NCBI GenBank assembly: GCA_017472605.1
Contig: JAFUPV010000012.1
Location: 470 to 64,469 of the forward strand
Source of the DNA: Lachnospiraceae bacterium
GTDB lineage: Bacteria; Bacillota; Clostridia; Lachnospirales; Lachnospiraceae
Length of the DNA: 64,000 bases
Reading direction: 5' to 3'
Position 1 is the first letter of the stretch, and every line of letters starts with the position of its first letter. Shown in pieces: positions 1 through 10,312 of this stretch. The notes beneath the pieces are model-generated. The model was not told the origin of the DNA and ran no database searches. It worked only from the letters and a program-made list of their open reading frames with translations. The translations under genes and the position numbers were made by a program.

Positions 1-839
1 TGCAGCGGATCCTCGCCAAATACAGGTACCCCATTCTTCCAGCTGACCGGAACAAGAACCGGAATCCGTCCGACAGCTCCCCGGTCCTGGAACAGAACTG
101 CATACCAGTCTCCGTCCGGCGTATCCACAATTCCACCCTGAGCAACTCCCTGTCCGCAGTATCCAAGATCATCATCCAGCACATCGCCTCCTGTAAATTC
201 CCCCTCCAGCGAATCCGACCAGAAGCAGGCTTCCACCCGACGCCAGCGATCCCGCAGAGAATGAATGAAAAACAGATAATATCTGCCGTTTCGTTTATAG
301 AAATGGGTTCCTTCATAGCCCAGATAGGAATTTCCTTCATCACTGACAACCATCCGGTGAAGACCTCCCTCCAGCGGTCCGCTCAGATCCGGCCGAAGCT
401 GCGTCACCCAGATTTCCTTATTGCCATAGGCAATATAGACCTGATCGTTGTCAAACAAAAGGGAACAGTCATGGTAAAATCCCTCAATCAGCTGCTTTTT
501 CCATGGACCGCGGATGGAAGGAGATGTATAAAGATAGGTCTTATGTGTATCATTGGCAACAAAACAGACATAGAACAGGCCCTTATGATAGCGCAGACAG
601 GCTGCCCACATGCCCTTTCCATAGCAGTTCTCCTCTCCCTCCAGGCGCTGCCCCGGTGTGCTGTCCAGCCTGTCATAGACATATGCGGCATGCTCCCAGT
701 TCAGCAGATCATAGGATCGGAGAATCTCACATCCCGGCATAAAATGCATGGTAGTCGTCGCCATGTAATAGGTATCATCTACACGGATCACATCCGGATC
801 CGGATAATCCAGATTTGTTAATGGATTTCTTCCAGTCAT
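1..839 (-). CDS. GH43 glycoside hydrolase (beta-xylosidase/arabinofuranosidase-like), 3' end runs off the window edge
   Basis: Not in the ORF track; translated by hand from ATG at 839 with RBS GAAAAGGAG: MTGRNPLTNLDYPDPDVIRVDDTYYM...GMWAACLRY...YHDCSLLFD...GYEGTHFYK...QGGIVDTPDGDWY, typical GH43 five-bladed propeller motifs. Confidence 0.9.
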   Translation of the reverse strand, partial: MTGRNPLTNLDYPDPDVIRVDDTYYMATTTMHFMPGCEILRSYDLLNWEHAAYVYDRLDSTPGQRLEGEENCYGKGMWAACLRYHKGLFYVCFVANDTHKTYLYTSPSIRGPWKKQLIEGFYHDCSLLFDNDQVYIAYGNKEIWVTQLRPDLSGPLEGGLHRMVVSDEGNSYLGYEGTHFYKRNGRYYLFFIHSLRDRWRRVEACFWSDSLEGEFTGGDVLDDDLGYCGQGVAQGGIVDTPDGDWYAVLFQDRGAVGRIPVLVPVSWKNGVPVFGEDPL

Positions 840-929
840 ACGCTTCTCCTTTTCTTCTCATTGCAAAAGAATCCGGCAATGCCGGACTCTCTGCTTATGA
901 TAATTCCTTTTCCAGTTTTCTGTCCGACG

Positions 930-2426
930 TCACGCTCGCTCCCTGACCGTCTCCAGCGGATTCCAGCTTCCTTTCACATAGCAGATCAAAAACAGAACAA
1001 ACAGAAGCAGATTGTGAGCAATCATGCAGGCCCACGCGGAAACCAGTCCCATGGAAAAAAGCTGAGTACAGATGAAGGTTCCCACGATGCGGATTCCCCA
1101 CATGCCGATGATGTTGTATACAAAGGGCTGTCTGGTCTTTCCAACGCCCTGCATCATTCCCTCAATGATAATGGAAAATCCGTAAAACGGCTCCGAAACG
1201 GCAACCATGCAAAGGACAGTCGTTCCAAGAGCGATCACTTCCTCACTGGATGAAAACAGACTGACAAGAGGTTTGGCAAGAATGAACAGCGCACCGCCGG
1301 AAAGAATCATCAACCCGATTTCAATGGGAATAAACATGGATGCCAGATCCTTCATCTGCCTGCGGTTTCCGGCACCATAGGCATTTCCAGCCAGCGTTGC
1401 AGCTGCTGTCTGCATGCCGTATCCGGGAATGTAGAAAGCGGATTCCACGGTATTGGCAATGGTATGAGCAGCTGTAGAAACTTCACCAAGCGAATTGATC
1501 ATGGCAGCAAAGAACACATAGCCAAGGGACGTTCCGAAACGCTGCAGCATGTTGGGAAACGCAACCTGCATGCAGGGGCGAAGGATCGCCGGATCCGGGC
1601 GCAGGCTCTGACCGCGCCAGGACACCATGGGATGGCGCCAGAGAGCAGCCGTGATCAGAATACCGCCCACCGTGTACGCCGCTGCACTGGCGACAGCCGC
1701 ACCGATCACACCCCATCCTGCACCAAACATGGTGAATTCCAGACCAAAAACAGTCAGCTCACGGGTCGGATAAATCAACAGGAAATTCAGGATGATGTTG
1801 ATCACATTGACAAGAATGCCGACCTTCATCGGTGTCCTGGTGTCTCCGGCAGAGCGGAGAACGGTTCCGAAAATCGTGCTGGCAGTACGGGGAAGCATTG
1901 GCAGATACAGGATGAAGAAATACTGGGATGCCAGGCTGCAGATACTCTCATCCACCTGCATCCAGACAGGAATCACACCGCTGAGTGCCAGTGTCAGTAC
2001 GGTAAAGAGGATTCCGGCAACCAGCACAGAAAGCACTGCCTGTGATACCGCCCGTTTCGCCGCCTGCTCATCTCCCGCTCCGCAGGCCTTTGCAATGAAG
2101 GACAGGAAACCGACGCCAATGGCTGAAATCGTACTGCCGATCAGCCAGTTCACCGTTGTGGTTGCTCCGACTGCCGCAGTCGCCTGGGTTCCCAGCGCTC
2201 CGACCATGGCCGTATCAATATACTGAACTGCTGTCTGCATCAGCTGCTCCAGCATCGTCGGCCAGGCAAGACTCAGGATCACCCCAACCATTCCCATATT
2301 TAACTGACTGAATTTTCTTTTGATTTGTGACTGACTCATCATCCACCTCTGATACCTTCGAAATCGAAAGCTGTCCATGCAGCCTTCCCATGGATTCATT
2401 GTATCGTTCCTGTCGGATTCCGTCAA
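930..2426 (-). CDS. MATE family efflux transporter (true start probably a downstream Met)
   Basis: LAWPTMLEQL..DTAMVGALG, RSAGDTRTPM, QGVGKTRQP motifs; about 12 hydrophobic segments. Confidence 0.9.
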   Translation of the reverse strand: MTESDRNDTMNPWEGCMDSFRFRRYQRWMMSQSQIKRKFSQLNMGMVGVILSLAWPTMLEQLMQTAVQYIDTAMVGALGTQATAAVGATTTVNWLIGSTISAIGVGFLSFIAKACGAGDEQAAKRAVSQAVLSVLVAGILFTVLTLALSGVIPVWMQVDESICSLASQYFFILYLPMLPRTASTIFGTVLRSAGDTRTPMKVGILVNVINIILNFLLIYPTRELTVFGLEFTMFGAGWGVIGAAVASAAAYTVGGILITAALWRHPMVSWRGQSLRPDPAILRPCMQVAFPNMLQRFGTSLGYVFFAAMINSLGEVSTAAHTIANTVESAFYIPGYGMQTAAATLAGNAYGAGNRRQMKDLASMFIPIEIGLMILSGGALFILAKPLVSLFSSSEEVIALGTTVLCMVAVSEPFYGFSIIIEGMMQGVGKTRQPFVYNIIGMWGIRIVGTFICTQLFSMGLVSAWACMIAHNLLLFVLFLICYVKGSWNPLETVRERA

Positions 2427-2556
2427 TGGATTTTCTTTTTTATCAGACTGCCCTGCAGTATTCGGACTGTATCACAAAAAGCCATCCGGTGAAAGGTTGA
2501 GCCCTCAAAGGACTGCTCCTCGATAGAAACTGCTCGGTTGCATGAGCTTCCCCGTG

Positions 2557-2612
2557 AAAAAAGGCTGCCGAACGGCACTGCTCATTTCTGAACTGTGCCG
2601 CCATGCAGCCTT
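2557..2612 (-). terminator. Rho-independent terminator of the GH13 gene, with a second hairpin at 2617-2656
   Basis: AAGGCTGC...GCAGCCTT stem with inner CGGCAC/GTGCCG pairing, followed by a T-run on the minus strand; GTAAGACTCTG/CAGAGTCTTAC inverted repeat next to it. Confidence 0.65.
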
Positions 2613-2691
2613 CTGTGTAAGACTCTGTATGACAAGGAGGGAGGGCAGAGTCTTACCTCATCTATAGTTATGGGATAATACGCTTCTGTGA

Positions 2692-4362
2692 TCAGCCGAG
2701 GACTGCAACCTGAAACGGCTGCAGAACCAGACTGCTTCCTTTGAATTCCACCGGAGCATTTGCAAGAAGAATCCGTTCCGGCTCTGCAAAAGCGGACGGG
2801 ATCTCAAGTTCTTTTGCCTCATCCCCAAAATTACCGGCAACCAACACATCCTGCTTCTGCCACCGGCGGAAATATGCCATGATACCCGGTTCTTCTTCCA
2901 GGTAAGGCTCTGTCTTTCCGTAAACAAACGCATCCTCAAAACGGGGATCTCTGCGAAGCCTGCTCAGCGCGCGGTAGAAATTGAGAACGCTGTCCGGATC
3001 GTTTTCCTGTTTCTTCGCATTAATTTCTGTATAGTTGGGATTTACCGGAAGCCACGGTGTTCCGGATGTAAATCCGGCATGGCAGGAATCATCCCACTGA
3101 AACGGTGTTCTTGAATTGTCACGGGAATACTGATTCACTGCCTTCAATGCTTCTTCGGGACTTACCCCGGCCTTCAGGCAGACTTCATATTCCGCCCGGC
3201 TGCTGATATCGTCAATCTCATCGATAGACGCATATTTCATGTTTTCCATGCCCAGCTCCTGCCCCTGATAAACAAAGGGGATTCCCTTCAACAGGAAATA
3301 TTCCGCTGCCAGCAGCTTCTTTCCCATGTCATTCTGACCTGCCTTTGGCAGATAATAGCTGACACCGCGGGGCTCATCATGGTTTTCGATCACATTGGAG
3401 TAAAAACCAACGCCCTCGGATCTTCTCTGACTGCCAAAGCAGCAGCGTTTATAGTCATCCGGTGTCGGAATCCGGTTTTCATGCCAGCCCTTTGTGGATT
3501 TTCCTTCCATTGTCTGGCTGAAATCAAAGATAGAAGAGAAATATCCGTTTTCGCCGATGAAATCATTCAGTTCCTCCGGCTTTTCATTGAACACTTCTCC
3601 CACAGCGAACGCATCGTAAAGCTGGAAGGTCCGGTCTCTCATTTCGTTCAGGAATTCGCCGATTCCACAGGTATGGTTCAGAACTTCGCCCATGTCACAG
3701 AGACCATCCTCCCGGTCAGCCGGATAATCTTTAAACGGGAGCGGCTTTTTGATGTTAATAATCGCATCGACGCGGAAGCCGCCCAGCCCCTTTTCCAGCC
3801 ACCAGTTCATCATTCCGTAGATTTCTTCTCTCAGACGGGAATTTTCCCAGTTCAGATCCGGCTGCTTTTTGTGGAACAGGTGGAAATAGTACCATTCTGT
3901 TCCCGGTACCTGCTCCCACACCGATCCGCCGAAATAGGAACGCCAGTTGCATGGCAGCTTTCCGTTTTCCTTTTTTGCAAAGTAGAAATATTTTCCATAT
4001 TCGCCCTCCGGATCGGCGCAGGCACGCTGAAACCATTCATGCTCATCGGAGCAATGGTTCACAACAAGATCCATGAGAATCTTAATATCCCGTTTTCCTG
4101 CCTCTTCAATCAGCCGCTCCATGTCCTCCATGGTTCCAAACATGGGATCGATCTGAAAATAATCTGCAATATCATAGCCCTGATCCGCACATGGCGAAAC
4201 ATAGACCGGTGAAACCCACAGAATTCCGATTCCCAGCGATTTCAGGTAATCCAGCTTTTCAATAATTCCAGGAATGTCACCAATTCCGTCCCCGTTGGTA
4301 TCCAGAAAACTCTTGGGATAAATCTGATATGCAATTTTGTTATGCCACCATTTTCTTTCCAT
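2692..4362 (-). CDS. GH13 alpha-glucosidase / oligo-1,6-glucosidase
   Basis: WWHNKIAYQIYPKSFLDTNGDGIGD, DLVVNHCS, GFRVDA, GEV, ENHDEPR, YQGQELGM, RDNSRTPFQW. Confidence 0.93.
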   Translation of the reverse strand: MERKWWHNKIAYQIYPKSFLDTNGDGIGDIPGIIEKLDYLKSLGIGILWVSPVYVSPCADQGYDIADYFQIDPMFGTMEDMERLIEEAGKRDIKILMDLVVNHCSDEHEWFQRACADPEGEYGKYFYFAKKENGKLPCNWRSYFGGSVWEQVPGTEWYYFHLFHKKQPDLNWENSRLREEIYGMMNWWLEKGLGGFRVDAIINIKKPLPFKDYPADREDGLCDMGEVLNHTCGIGEFLNEMRDRTFQLYDAFAVGEVFNEKPEELNDFIGENGYFSSIFDFSQTMEGKSTKGWHENRIPTPDDYKRCCFGSQRRSEGVGFYSNVIENHDEPRGVSYYLPKAGQNDMGKKLLAAEYFLLKGIPFVYQGQELGMENMKYASIDEIDDISSRAEYEVCLKAGVSPEEALKAVNQYSRDNSRTPFQWDDSCHAGFTSGTPWLPVNPNYTEINAKKQENDPDSVLNFYRALSRLRRDPRFEDAFVYGKTEPYLEEEPGIMAYFRRWQKQDVLVAGNFGDEAKELEIPSAFAEPERILLANAPVEFKGSSLVLQPFQVAVLG

Positions 4363-4458
4363 CTATACCTCCTGTCCGGCTGCCTGCGCATTCCGGTTTC
4401 GTCACGTTTCTGATTCCTCTTGCGATTCATTTTCTGACTCGTATTCGGATTCGTCTTT

Positions 4459-5988
4459 TTATTTGTCTTCTTTTTTCACCTGTTTCTGCGCCCAGTTCAT
4501 TCTTCCGTAACGCTTTGTCACCGCCAGAATCTCCTGCTGCAATTCTTCGCCAAGCTGCTTTTCGGTCACGCGCCACTTCCAGTTCTTTCCAACGGTGGAG
4601 GGCTGATTAATCCGCGCCTCATTGCCAAGACCAAGATAGTCCTGAATCGGAATGATACACAGATTCGCTTTACTTCTCATGACAAGACTGACAAAGGACT
4701 TGTGCAGATTCTTGATTGGCGTTGTGAAATCGCAGAGATACTCTCTTGCCAGCTTCTGTTCTTCCTTCGTGATGGCCTTATACCAGCCGTTAATGGTTTC
4801 ATTGTCATGGGTTCCGGTATATACGACACAGTTTTCCGGATAGTTGTGAGGCAGGTAGTCAGACGCGCATCCGGTATCTCTGGCGTCAAAAGCGAACTCC
4901 AGCACCTTCATGCCGGGGAATCCGCTGTCCGCGACCAGCTGACGGACAGAGTCAGTCATATAGCCCAGATCCTCCGCGATGACACTGCGTTTTCCAAGTG
5001 CCCATTCCACGCTGCGGAACAGGTCGATTCCCGGACCCTTCTCCCAGTGACCGTTAACTGCTGTTTCTTCTCCATAGGGAATGGAGTAATACTCGTCAAA
5101 CCCGCGGAAATGATCCACACGAACCACATCATAGAGTCGGAAGCAATAAGCCAGACGGGAAATCCACCACTGGAAGCCGGTATTTCTGTGATAGTCCCAG
5201 CGGTACAGCGGGTTTCCCCACAGCTGACCGGTTGCGGAAAATCCATCCGGCGGGCAGCCTGCAACAGCGGTCGGCAGATTGTTCTCATCCAACTGGAACA
5301 GTTCCGGGTGAGCCCAGGTGTCTGCGCTGTCCATGGCAACATAGATCGGGATATCTCCGATGATCTGAATGCCCTGACCGTTTGCATAAGCCTTCAGGCG
5401 GTTCCACTGAGTGAAAAATTTGAACTGCATGAAATACTGAAATTCAATTTCATAGTACAGCTCCTTGTGATAATAATCGATGGCATTCTGCCAGCGGAGG
5501 CGGATATCCTCTGCCCACTGTGTCCACGGAATGCCCCCAAACCGCTCCTTCACCGCCATAAACAGACCATAGTCAGACAGCCACCAGCGGTTTTCCTCCA
5601 TGAACCGGTGGAATTCCGGATTCTCATGAATTCTGCTTCTTTCATAGGCCTTTCGCAGCAGCGGATATCTTGCTGCGTAAATTTTGCTGTAATCCACATC
5701 TGCCTCATTGGTTCCGAAATCCGCCGCATCACACTCTTCTTCTGTCAGCAGACCTTCCTCAATTAATTCTTCCAGACTGATGAAATAGGGATTTCCTGCA
5801 AAGGTTGAAAAGGACTGGTATGGAGAATCTCCATAGCTGGTCGGTCCTAAGGGCAGAATCTGCCAGTAGGACTGACCGGCTTCTTTCAGCCAGTCAACAA
5901 AATCATAGGCGCTCTTTGAGAAACAGCCGATTCCGTACTTTGACGGAAGGCTGGTGATTGACAGTAAAATACCTGCTGCTCGTTTCAT
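4459..5988 (-). CDS. malQ: 4-alpha-glucanotransferase (amylomaltase, GH77)
   Basis: Start moved to MKRAAGILL (5988, purine-rich RBS); WQILPLGPTSYGDSPY, IIGDIPIYV, WGNPLY, RVDHFRG, AEDLG, YTGTHDN, RINQPS. Confidence 0.95.
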   Translation of the reverse strand: MKRAAGILLSITSLPSKYGIGCFSKSAYDFVDWLKEAGQSYWQILPLGPTSYGDSPYQSFSTFAGNPYFISLEELIEEGLLTEEECDAADFGTNEADVDYSKIYAARYPLLRKAYERSRIHENPEFHRFMEENRWWLSDYGLFMAVKERFGGIPWTQWAEDIRLRWQNAIDYYHKELYYEIEFQYFMQFKFFTQWNRLKAYANGQGIQIIGDIPIYVAMDSADTWAHPELFQLDENNLPTAVAGCPPDGFSATGQLWGNPLYRWDYHRNTGFQWWISRLAYCFRLYDVVRVDHFRGFDEYYSIPYGEETAVNGHWEKGPGIDLFRSVEWALGKRSVIAEDLGYMTDSVRQLVADSGFPGMKVLEFAFDARDTGCASDYLPHNYPENCVVYTGTHDNETINGWYKAITKEEQKLAREYLCDFTTPIKNLHKSFVSLVMRSKANLCIIPIQDYLGLGNEARINQPSTVGKNWKWRVTEKQLGEELQQEILAVTKRYGRMNWAQKQVKKEDK

Positions 5989-6170
5989 GGTTCCCTCTCC
6001 CTCTTCTTCCATATTCTTTCTGCTTTTCCTGCTTCGATTTTTCCTGCTTCGATGCATGTCCCTGCGATCCGATGCCGCATCATGCCGCACGCAGTACCGC
6101 ATTCTTCCGTTGCATTACTTCTGCAGCTCTCATGCGATTCGCTGCAGTTCTCCTGCATCAAAGTCGCACG

Positions 6171-6192
6171 TTAATGCAACCGTTTGCATTAA
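6171..6192. promoter_or_regulatory. LacI/CcpA-type operator palindrome TTAATGCAACCGTTTGCATTAA
   Basis: 22-bp near-perfect inverted repeat with central CG, overlapping the expected malQ transcription start. Confidence 0.75.
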
Positions 6193-6220
6193 ATATACAA
6201 CTGTCGCGCAGTTTTTGCAA
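6192..6220 (-). promoter_or_regulatory. Sigma-A promoter for malQ
   Basis: TTGCAA-17bp-TATATT on the minus strand. Confidence 0.55.
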
Positions 6221-6440
6221 CTCCTTTTTTCTTCTTTTTTTCACTTTTGTATGTTTCCACAGATACATCCACCGTCTTTGCCCCTTTTTTTGCTACTTTT
6301 CCCCTGCTTTTTTCTCCTCACCTCTCAGAATCCCACCGTTTTCCACTCATTTTTTTATCTTCCTGGCACTCTCCTCATGAAAATAGAATCTGTATCTGTG
6401 CAACCTTTATGCAACAGTCATTTTTCATTTGCATTTCCGA

Positions 6441-6469
6441 TTGACATTCTCCCCGTTTTCTCTTACAAT
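6441..6469 (+). promoter_or_regulatory. Sigma-A promoter for the LacI gene
   Basis: TTGACA-17bp-TACAAT; operator-like GGAACCCGTTTTCC at 6486-6499; RBS GGAGG before ATG 6523. Confidence 0.75.
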
Positions 6470-6522
6470 AGAATCAGTTTTTACAGGAACCCGTTTTCCC
6501 GTTTCGTTCAGGAGGTATTTAT

Positions 6523-7548
6523 ATGGCAGTTACGATTCGTGATGTTGCAGCGCTGGCTGGTGTTTCCCCTTCCACGGTTTCCAGAACCTGCAAAAACAAT
6601 CCGGCCATCAGTGAAGAAACAAAAGAAAAGGTCCGTATCGCCATGGCAACTCTCGGCTACGAACCCAATTTTCAGGCAAGCAGTCTGGCAACCCAGAATT
6701 CCCGGACCATCGGTGTGGTCCTTCCCGTTTCCGAACGGTTCCAAAACGTGGATTCCTTCTTTCTGGAAACAATCCGCGGCATTAACAAATACTGCAACGG
6801 GCATCAGTATACCACCACTCTGATCACCGGCGATACCGACGAAGAAGCGCTTCAGGTCATCAAGTCCATGGTCCGCAGCGGACAGACCGAAAGCTTCATC
6901 CTTCTTTATTCCAAACAAAAAGACCCCATCACAGATTATCTCTACAATGAAGGTCTTCTCTTTGCGCTGATCGGCAAGGCGTACCAGTCCGCCAATCAGA
7001 CGATTTATGTCGATACGGATAACATTCAGGCCGGACAGGATGCCACCGAGTACCTGTACCAGCTGGGCCACCGCCGGATCGGTTTCATCGGCTATGAACG
7101 AACCCTTCTTTTCTCCTCTGACCGGAAATATGGCTGGCAGCTGGCTCATTTTTCCCATGATCTTCCCCTGGATCCATCCCTTTTCATCGAAATCAAAGGC
7201 ACATCCAAAGATATGCCCGATGAGCTGTACCGACTGCTGAACCTGCCGGACCGCCCGACCGCTTTTGTCGTAACCGATGATTTCCTTGGTGTTTCTCTGG
7301 AACGCGCCTGCCGTCAGTGCGGTCTCACAGTCCCGGACGACGTTTCCATTCTTTCCTTCAACAACTCCCTGTTTGCCCAGATGGCGACACCGCCGCTGAC
7401 TTCCATTGACGTCAATGCGGCCGGACTGGGAACGGAAGCTGCCAGACAGATCATCAATCATCTGGAAAATCCCAATCTGGCAGCTACAAAGATTATTGTT
7501 CCTCACATCCTTGTGGAACAGGAAAGCTGTGGGAAGGCGGAAAGCTGA
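6523..7548 (+). CDS. LacI family transcriptional regulator (MalR-like)
   Basis: VTIRDVAALAGVSPSTVSR helix-turn-helix, LGYEPN, periplasmic-binding-like C-terminus; divergent from malQ. Confidence 0.95.
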   Translation: MAVTIRDVAALAGVSPSTVSRTCKNNPAISEETKEKVRIAMATLGYEPNFQASSLATQNSRTIGVVLPVSERFQNVDSFFLETIRGINKYCNGHQYTTTLITGDTDEEALQVIKSMVRSGQTESFILLYSKQKDPITDYLYNEGLLFALIGKAYQSANQTIYVDTDNIQAGQDATEYLYQLGHRRIGFIGYERTLLFSSDRKYGWQLAHFSHDLPLDPSLFIEIKGTSKDMPDELYRLLNLPDRPTAFVVTDDFLGVSLERACRQCGLTVPDDVSILSFNNSLFAQMATPPLTSIDVNAAGLGTEAARQIINHLENPNLAATKIIVPHILVEQESCGKAES

Positions 7549-7562
7549 TTCATCCGAATCGG

Positions 7563-10112
7563 TCACTCCTGATTCGTCCCATTCTCCTGCAGGCGGAACA
7601 TGACAGTAAGGATTCTTCTGACACATTCCTGCAGTGTCTCTCTGTCCAGACTGCCATCCGCCATTGCCTGCTGAATGCTTTCCACATCTTTCGGGCATCC
7701 CGGCATGATCAGATCATTTCCGGCTGCGGCGCACATCCACGGAATACTCTGTCCCGGTCTGGTTGTGCTCCAGTCCGTCATAATCAGTCCCAAAAATCCC
7801 CACTCCTCTCTTGCCGCCCGGGTGCAGAGATCCCAGCTGTTTGCTGCATGCTGACCATTAATCTGATTATAAGAGGTCATTATCGCCGCAGGCTGTGCTT
7901 CTTTCACTGCAATCTCAAATCCGCGAAGATAAAGTTCACGGAGTGCCCGTTCCGAAAGAACACTGTCCGACCACCTTCTGTTATTCTCCCGATTATTACA
8001 CGCAAAATGCTTGATGGTCGTTCCTCTGCCTGGCACAGACTGCACTCCTCTGGTAATGGCAGCCGCCATTTTGCCGCTCACCAGCGGATCCTCGGAATAA
8101 TATTCAAAATTTCGTCCGCACAGCGGATTTCTGTGGATATTCATGCCCGGAGCCAGCCACAGGGAAATTCCAAACTCCTCCATTTCACGGCCAATCGCCT
8201 GACCAACCGTTTCCAGAAGCGCCTCATCCCAGGTCTGCGCCAGCAATGTACCTACCGGGATCGCTGTACAATACTGATAGTACCGCTTCCTATGTTCCGA
8301 TTCTTCATGGGAAAGGAAGAATCCGCCTTCCAGTGCGCCAAGAATTCCCGGGTTTTTGATTGTTCCGTCTCTGCAGTCCACCTCATAGCTTTTTGCCAGC
8401 CGAAGTCCGGCAGGCCCGTCTGCCATGATCATTCCGTCAATGCCATAGTCCGCTTCCAGAACACTGCTTGTTTCTCCGGCCGAACCCGGCACACGGATTC
8501 CTGCTGCTCCAATGGTCTGGTCATATTCTGCGCTCAACTCACCAACTACCATGGAAATCAACTGGCTGTCACTTAATTTCCGCACCAGTTCTTCTGTTTT
8601 CTTTTCTATCACTTCGATCCGGCTCCCTGCCGTCATTCCGGATCCGCTTTCCCCTTTTTCCTTCCCCGGCACAAAGAAAACCACAGGAAGCTTCTTTTCT
8701 TCTGCCAGCGCATTCCACGTTTGTTCCTGCCTAAGACGTGCCTCCCGATCACAAACAAGTTCCTCCAGCGGCTCTTGGACCGGACATATGTGCCGTACCG
8801 GTTCCAGCAGGGTCTCCCGCTCCACCAAAACCACGCCGGACAGCTCCAGATTTCTGGAAGAATTGCCGACCCAGATTCCATATCTTCCTTTTTCAATCAC
8901 CCAGCCGGACTGTACTTCATCAAACGATGCGATTGCCTTCCCATCAAAAGTGATTGTAAGGTTCTGACTCTCCCCCGGTGCAAGCAGTTTCGTCTTGGCA
9001 AATCCTGCCAGTCTCCGGAATTCTTTCGGCAGCCCGGTCTGAGGACAGGACACATAGACCTGCACCACTTCCCTTCCGCAAAACTGCTCGCCCTTATTTG
9101 TTACCAATACCGTTACTTCCACCCGGTTTTCCCCAGCCATTCCCGCTGTGATTTTTTCCGTTTTTATCGAAAATTCCGTATAGGAAAGGCCGAATCCGAA
9201 GGGATACACAACTTCTTTTTCAAAGCTGTCAAAATACCGGTATCCCACATAAATTCCTTCCTCATAACGTTCTTTCAACGCATCCGGACCGGGTCGGCTG
9301 AAGGTTTCTGCACTGGGATAATCGGCATATTCCCATGCCCAGGTATCCGTCAGCTTCCCGCCTGGTGTTGCCTTTCCCATCACCAGATCCGCCAGCGCAT
9401 GTCCGCCTTCCATCCCTGGCTGCGAAACATAAATCAGAACCTTCAGATTGGGAATCGCCAGAATATCCTTCAGATCAATTGGACCTCCCGTATTCAGAAT
9501 GACCGCTGTGTTCCTGCAATGCTCCGACAGCCGGACCAGCTGTTCTTTCTCTTCCCGGGTCAGATAGTAGTCTCCCTCCTGCGTGAACCGATCCGCACTT
9601 TCCCCAGCTGTTCTGCTGATCACATAGAATCCGGTGTCTGCTCCTTCAAAATCACTGTCTTTCATGGAATCTCCCGGCGGCATGTGAAAACGGTGTCTGT
9701 TGTAAGAATCAAGCAGCCGTTTGCTTTCGCTCCGCTCTGTTTCTTCCATAATAATACTTCGCCAGTCTTCCCGCGCCTTCTGATAGACTGCGGCAAACCG
9801 ATCCAGCCATTCCTGATTGCTCAGTTCCAGACCAGCCTCTGCAAACCCCTGATAAATGCTTACCGATTCCCGCTCGTTCACATCACCGGAACCGCTTCCA
9901 CCCTTAACTGTTTTTACTGCTCCGCCTCCAAAAAGCGCAACACGCGCTCCTTTTTTCAAAGGCAGTACCCCTTCGTTTTTCAGCAGTACAATCCCCTCCG
10001 CTGCCGCTTTCCTTGCCACCTCCCGGTTTTCTATCTCTCTTCTGGATACCGCATTGTCCGGGGTTCCGCTGTATCTTCTCTTTCCCCTGTCTGTTTTCAC
10101 CATTCCGCCCAT
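7563..10112 (-). CDS. GH3 beta-glycosidase with inverted domain order
   Basis: AAAEGIVLLKN and YEEGIYVGYRYF in the N-terminal half; DGPAGLR, PGMNIHRNPLCGRNFEYYSEDP, KHFACNN and IMTDW in the C-terminal half. Confidence 0.92.
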   Translation of the reverse strand: MGGMVKTDRGKRRYSGTPDNAVSRREIENREVARKAAAEGIVLLKNEGVLPLKKGARVALFGGGAVKTVKGGSGSGDVNERESVSIYQGFAEAGLELSNQEWLDRFAAVYQKAREDWRSIIMEETERSESKRLLDSYNRHRFHMPPGDSMKDSDFEGADTGFYVISRTAGESADRFTQEGDYYLTREEKEQLVRLSEHCRNTAVILNTGGPIDLKDILAIPNLKVLIYVSQPGMEGGHALADLVMGKATPGGKLTDTWAWEYADYPSAETFSRPGPDALKERYEEGIYVGYRYFDSFEKEVVYPFGFGLSYTEFSIKTEKITAGMAGENRVEVTVLVTNKGEQFCGREVVQVYVSCPQTGLPKEFRRLAGFAKTKLLAPGESQNLTITFDGKAIASFDEVQSGWVIEKGRYGIWVGNSSRNLELSGVVLVERETLLEPVRHICPVQEPLEELVCDREARLRQEQTWNALAEEKKLPVVFFVPGKEKGESGSGMTAGSRIEVIEKKTEELVRKLSDSQLISMVVGELSAEYDQTIGAAGIRVPGSAGETSSVLEADYGIDGMIMADGPAGLRLAKSYEVDCRDGTIKNPGILGALEGGFFLSHEESEHRKRYYQYCTAIPVGTLLAQTWDEALLETVGQAIGREMEEFGISLWLAPGMNIHRNPLCGRNFEYYSEDPLVSGKMAAAITRGVQSVPGRGTTIKHFACNNRENNRRWSDSVLSERALRELYLRGFEIAVKEAQPAAIMTSYNQINGQHAANSWDLCTRAAREEWGFLGLIMTDWSTTRPGQSIPWMCAAAGNDLIMPGCPKDVESIQQAMADGSLDRETLQECVRRILTVMFRLQENGTNQE

Positions 10113-10168
10113 GGTTCCTCCGTTTCTATGATTCGCTCCCTAAAGTAAATCCATTTCCTTCGTTCCAT

Positions 10169-10312
10169 CACCAGGCACGCGTTCACCCCACTCCGCACCA
10201 GGCATGTTTTCACCTCACTCCGCACCAGGCACGCGTTCGCCGCGCTCCGCACCAGGCATGTTTTCACCTCGTTCCGCACCAGGCTCACTTCCGTTGCTTT
10301 CCGGCACCAGAC
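10169..10312. repeat. 27-bp tandem array, about 5 copies, alternating variants
   Basis: CACCAGGC starts at 10169, 10196, 10223, 10250 and 10277, with a degenerate copy at 10305. Confidence 0.9.

Noticed and set aside
2430-2660. Possible riboswitch in the MATE leader
   Set aside because: I can see hairpins, a terminator and three ACTGCTC copies, but I cannot match a known aptamer by eye; an Rfam/Infernal scan would decide
10169-10312. Possible CRISPR array
   Set aside because: The units abut with no unique spacers, keep the reading frame, and there are no cas genes
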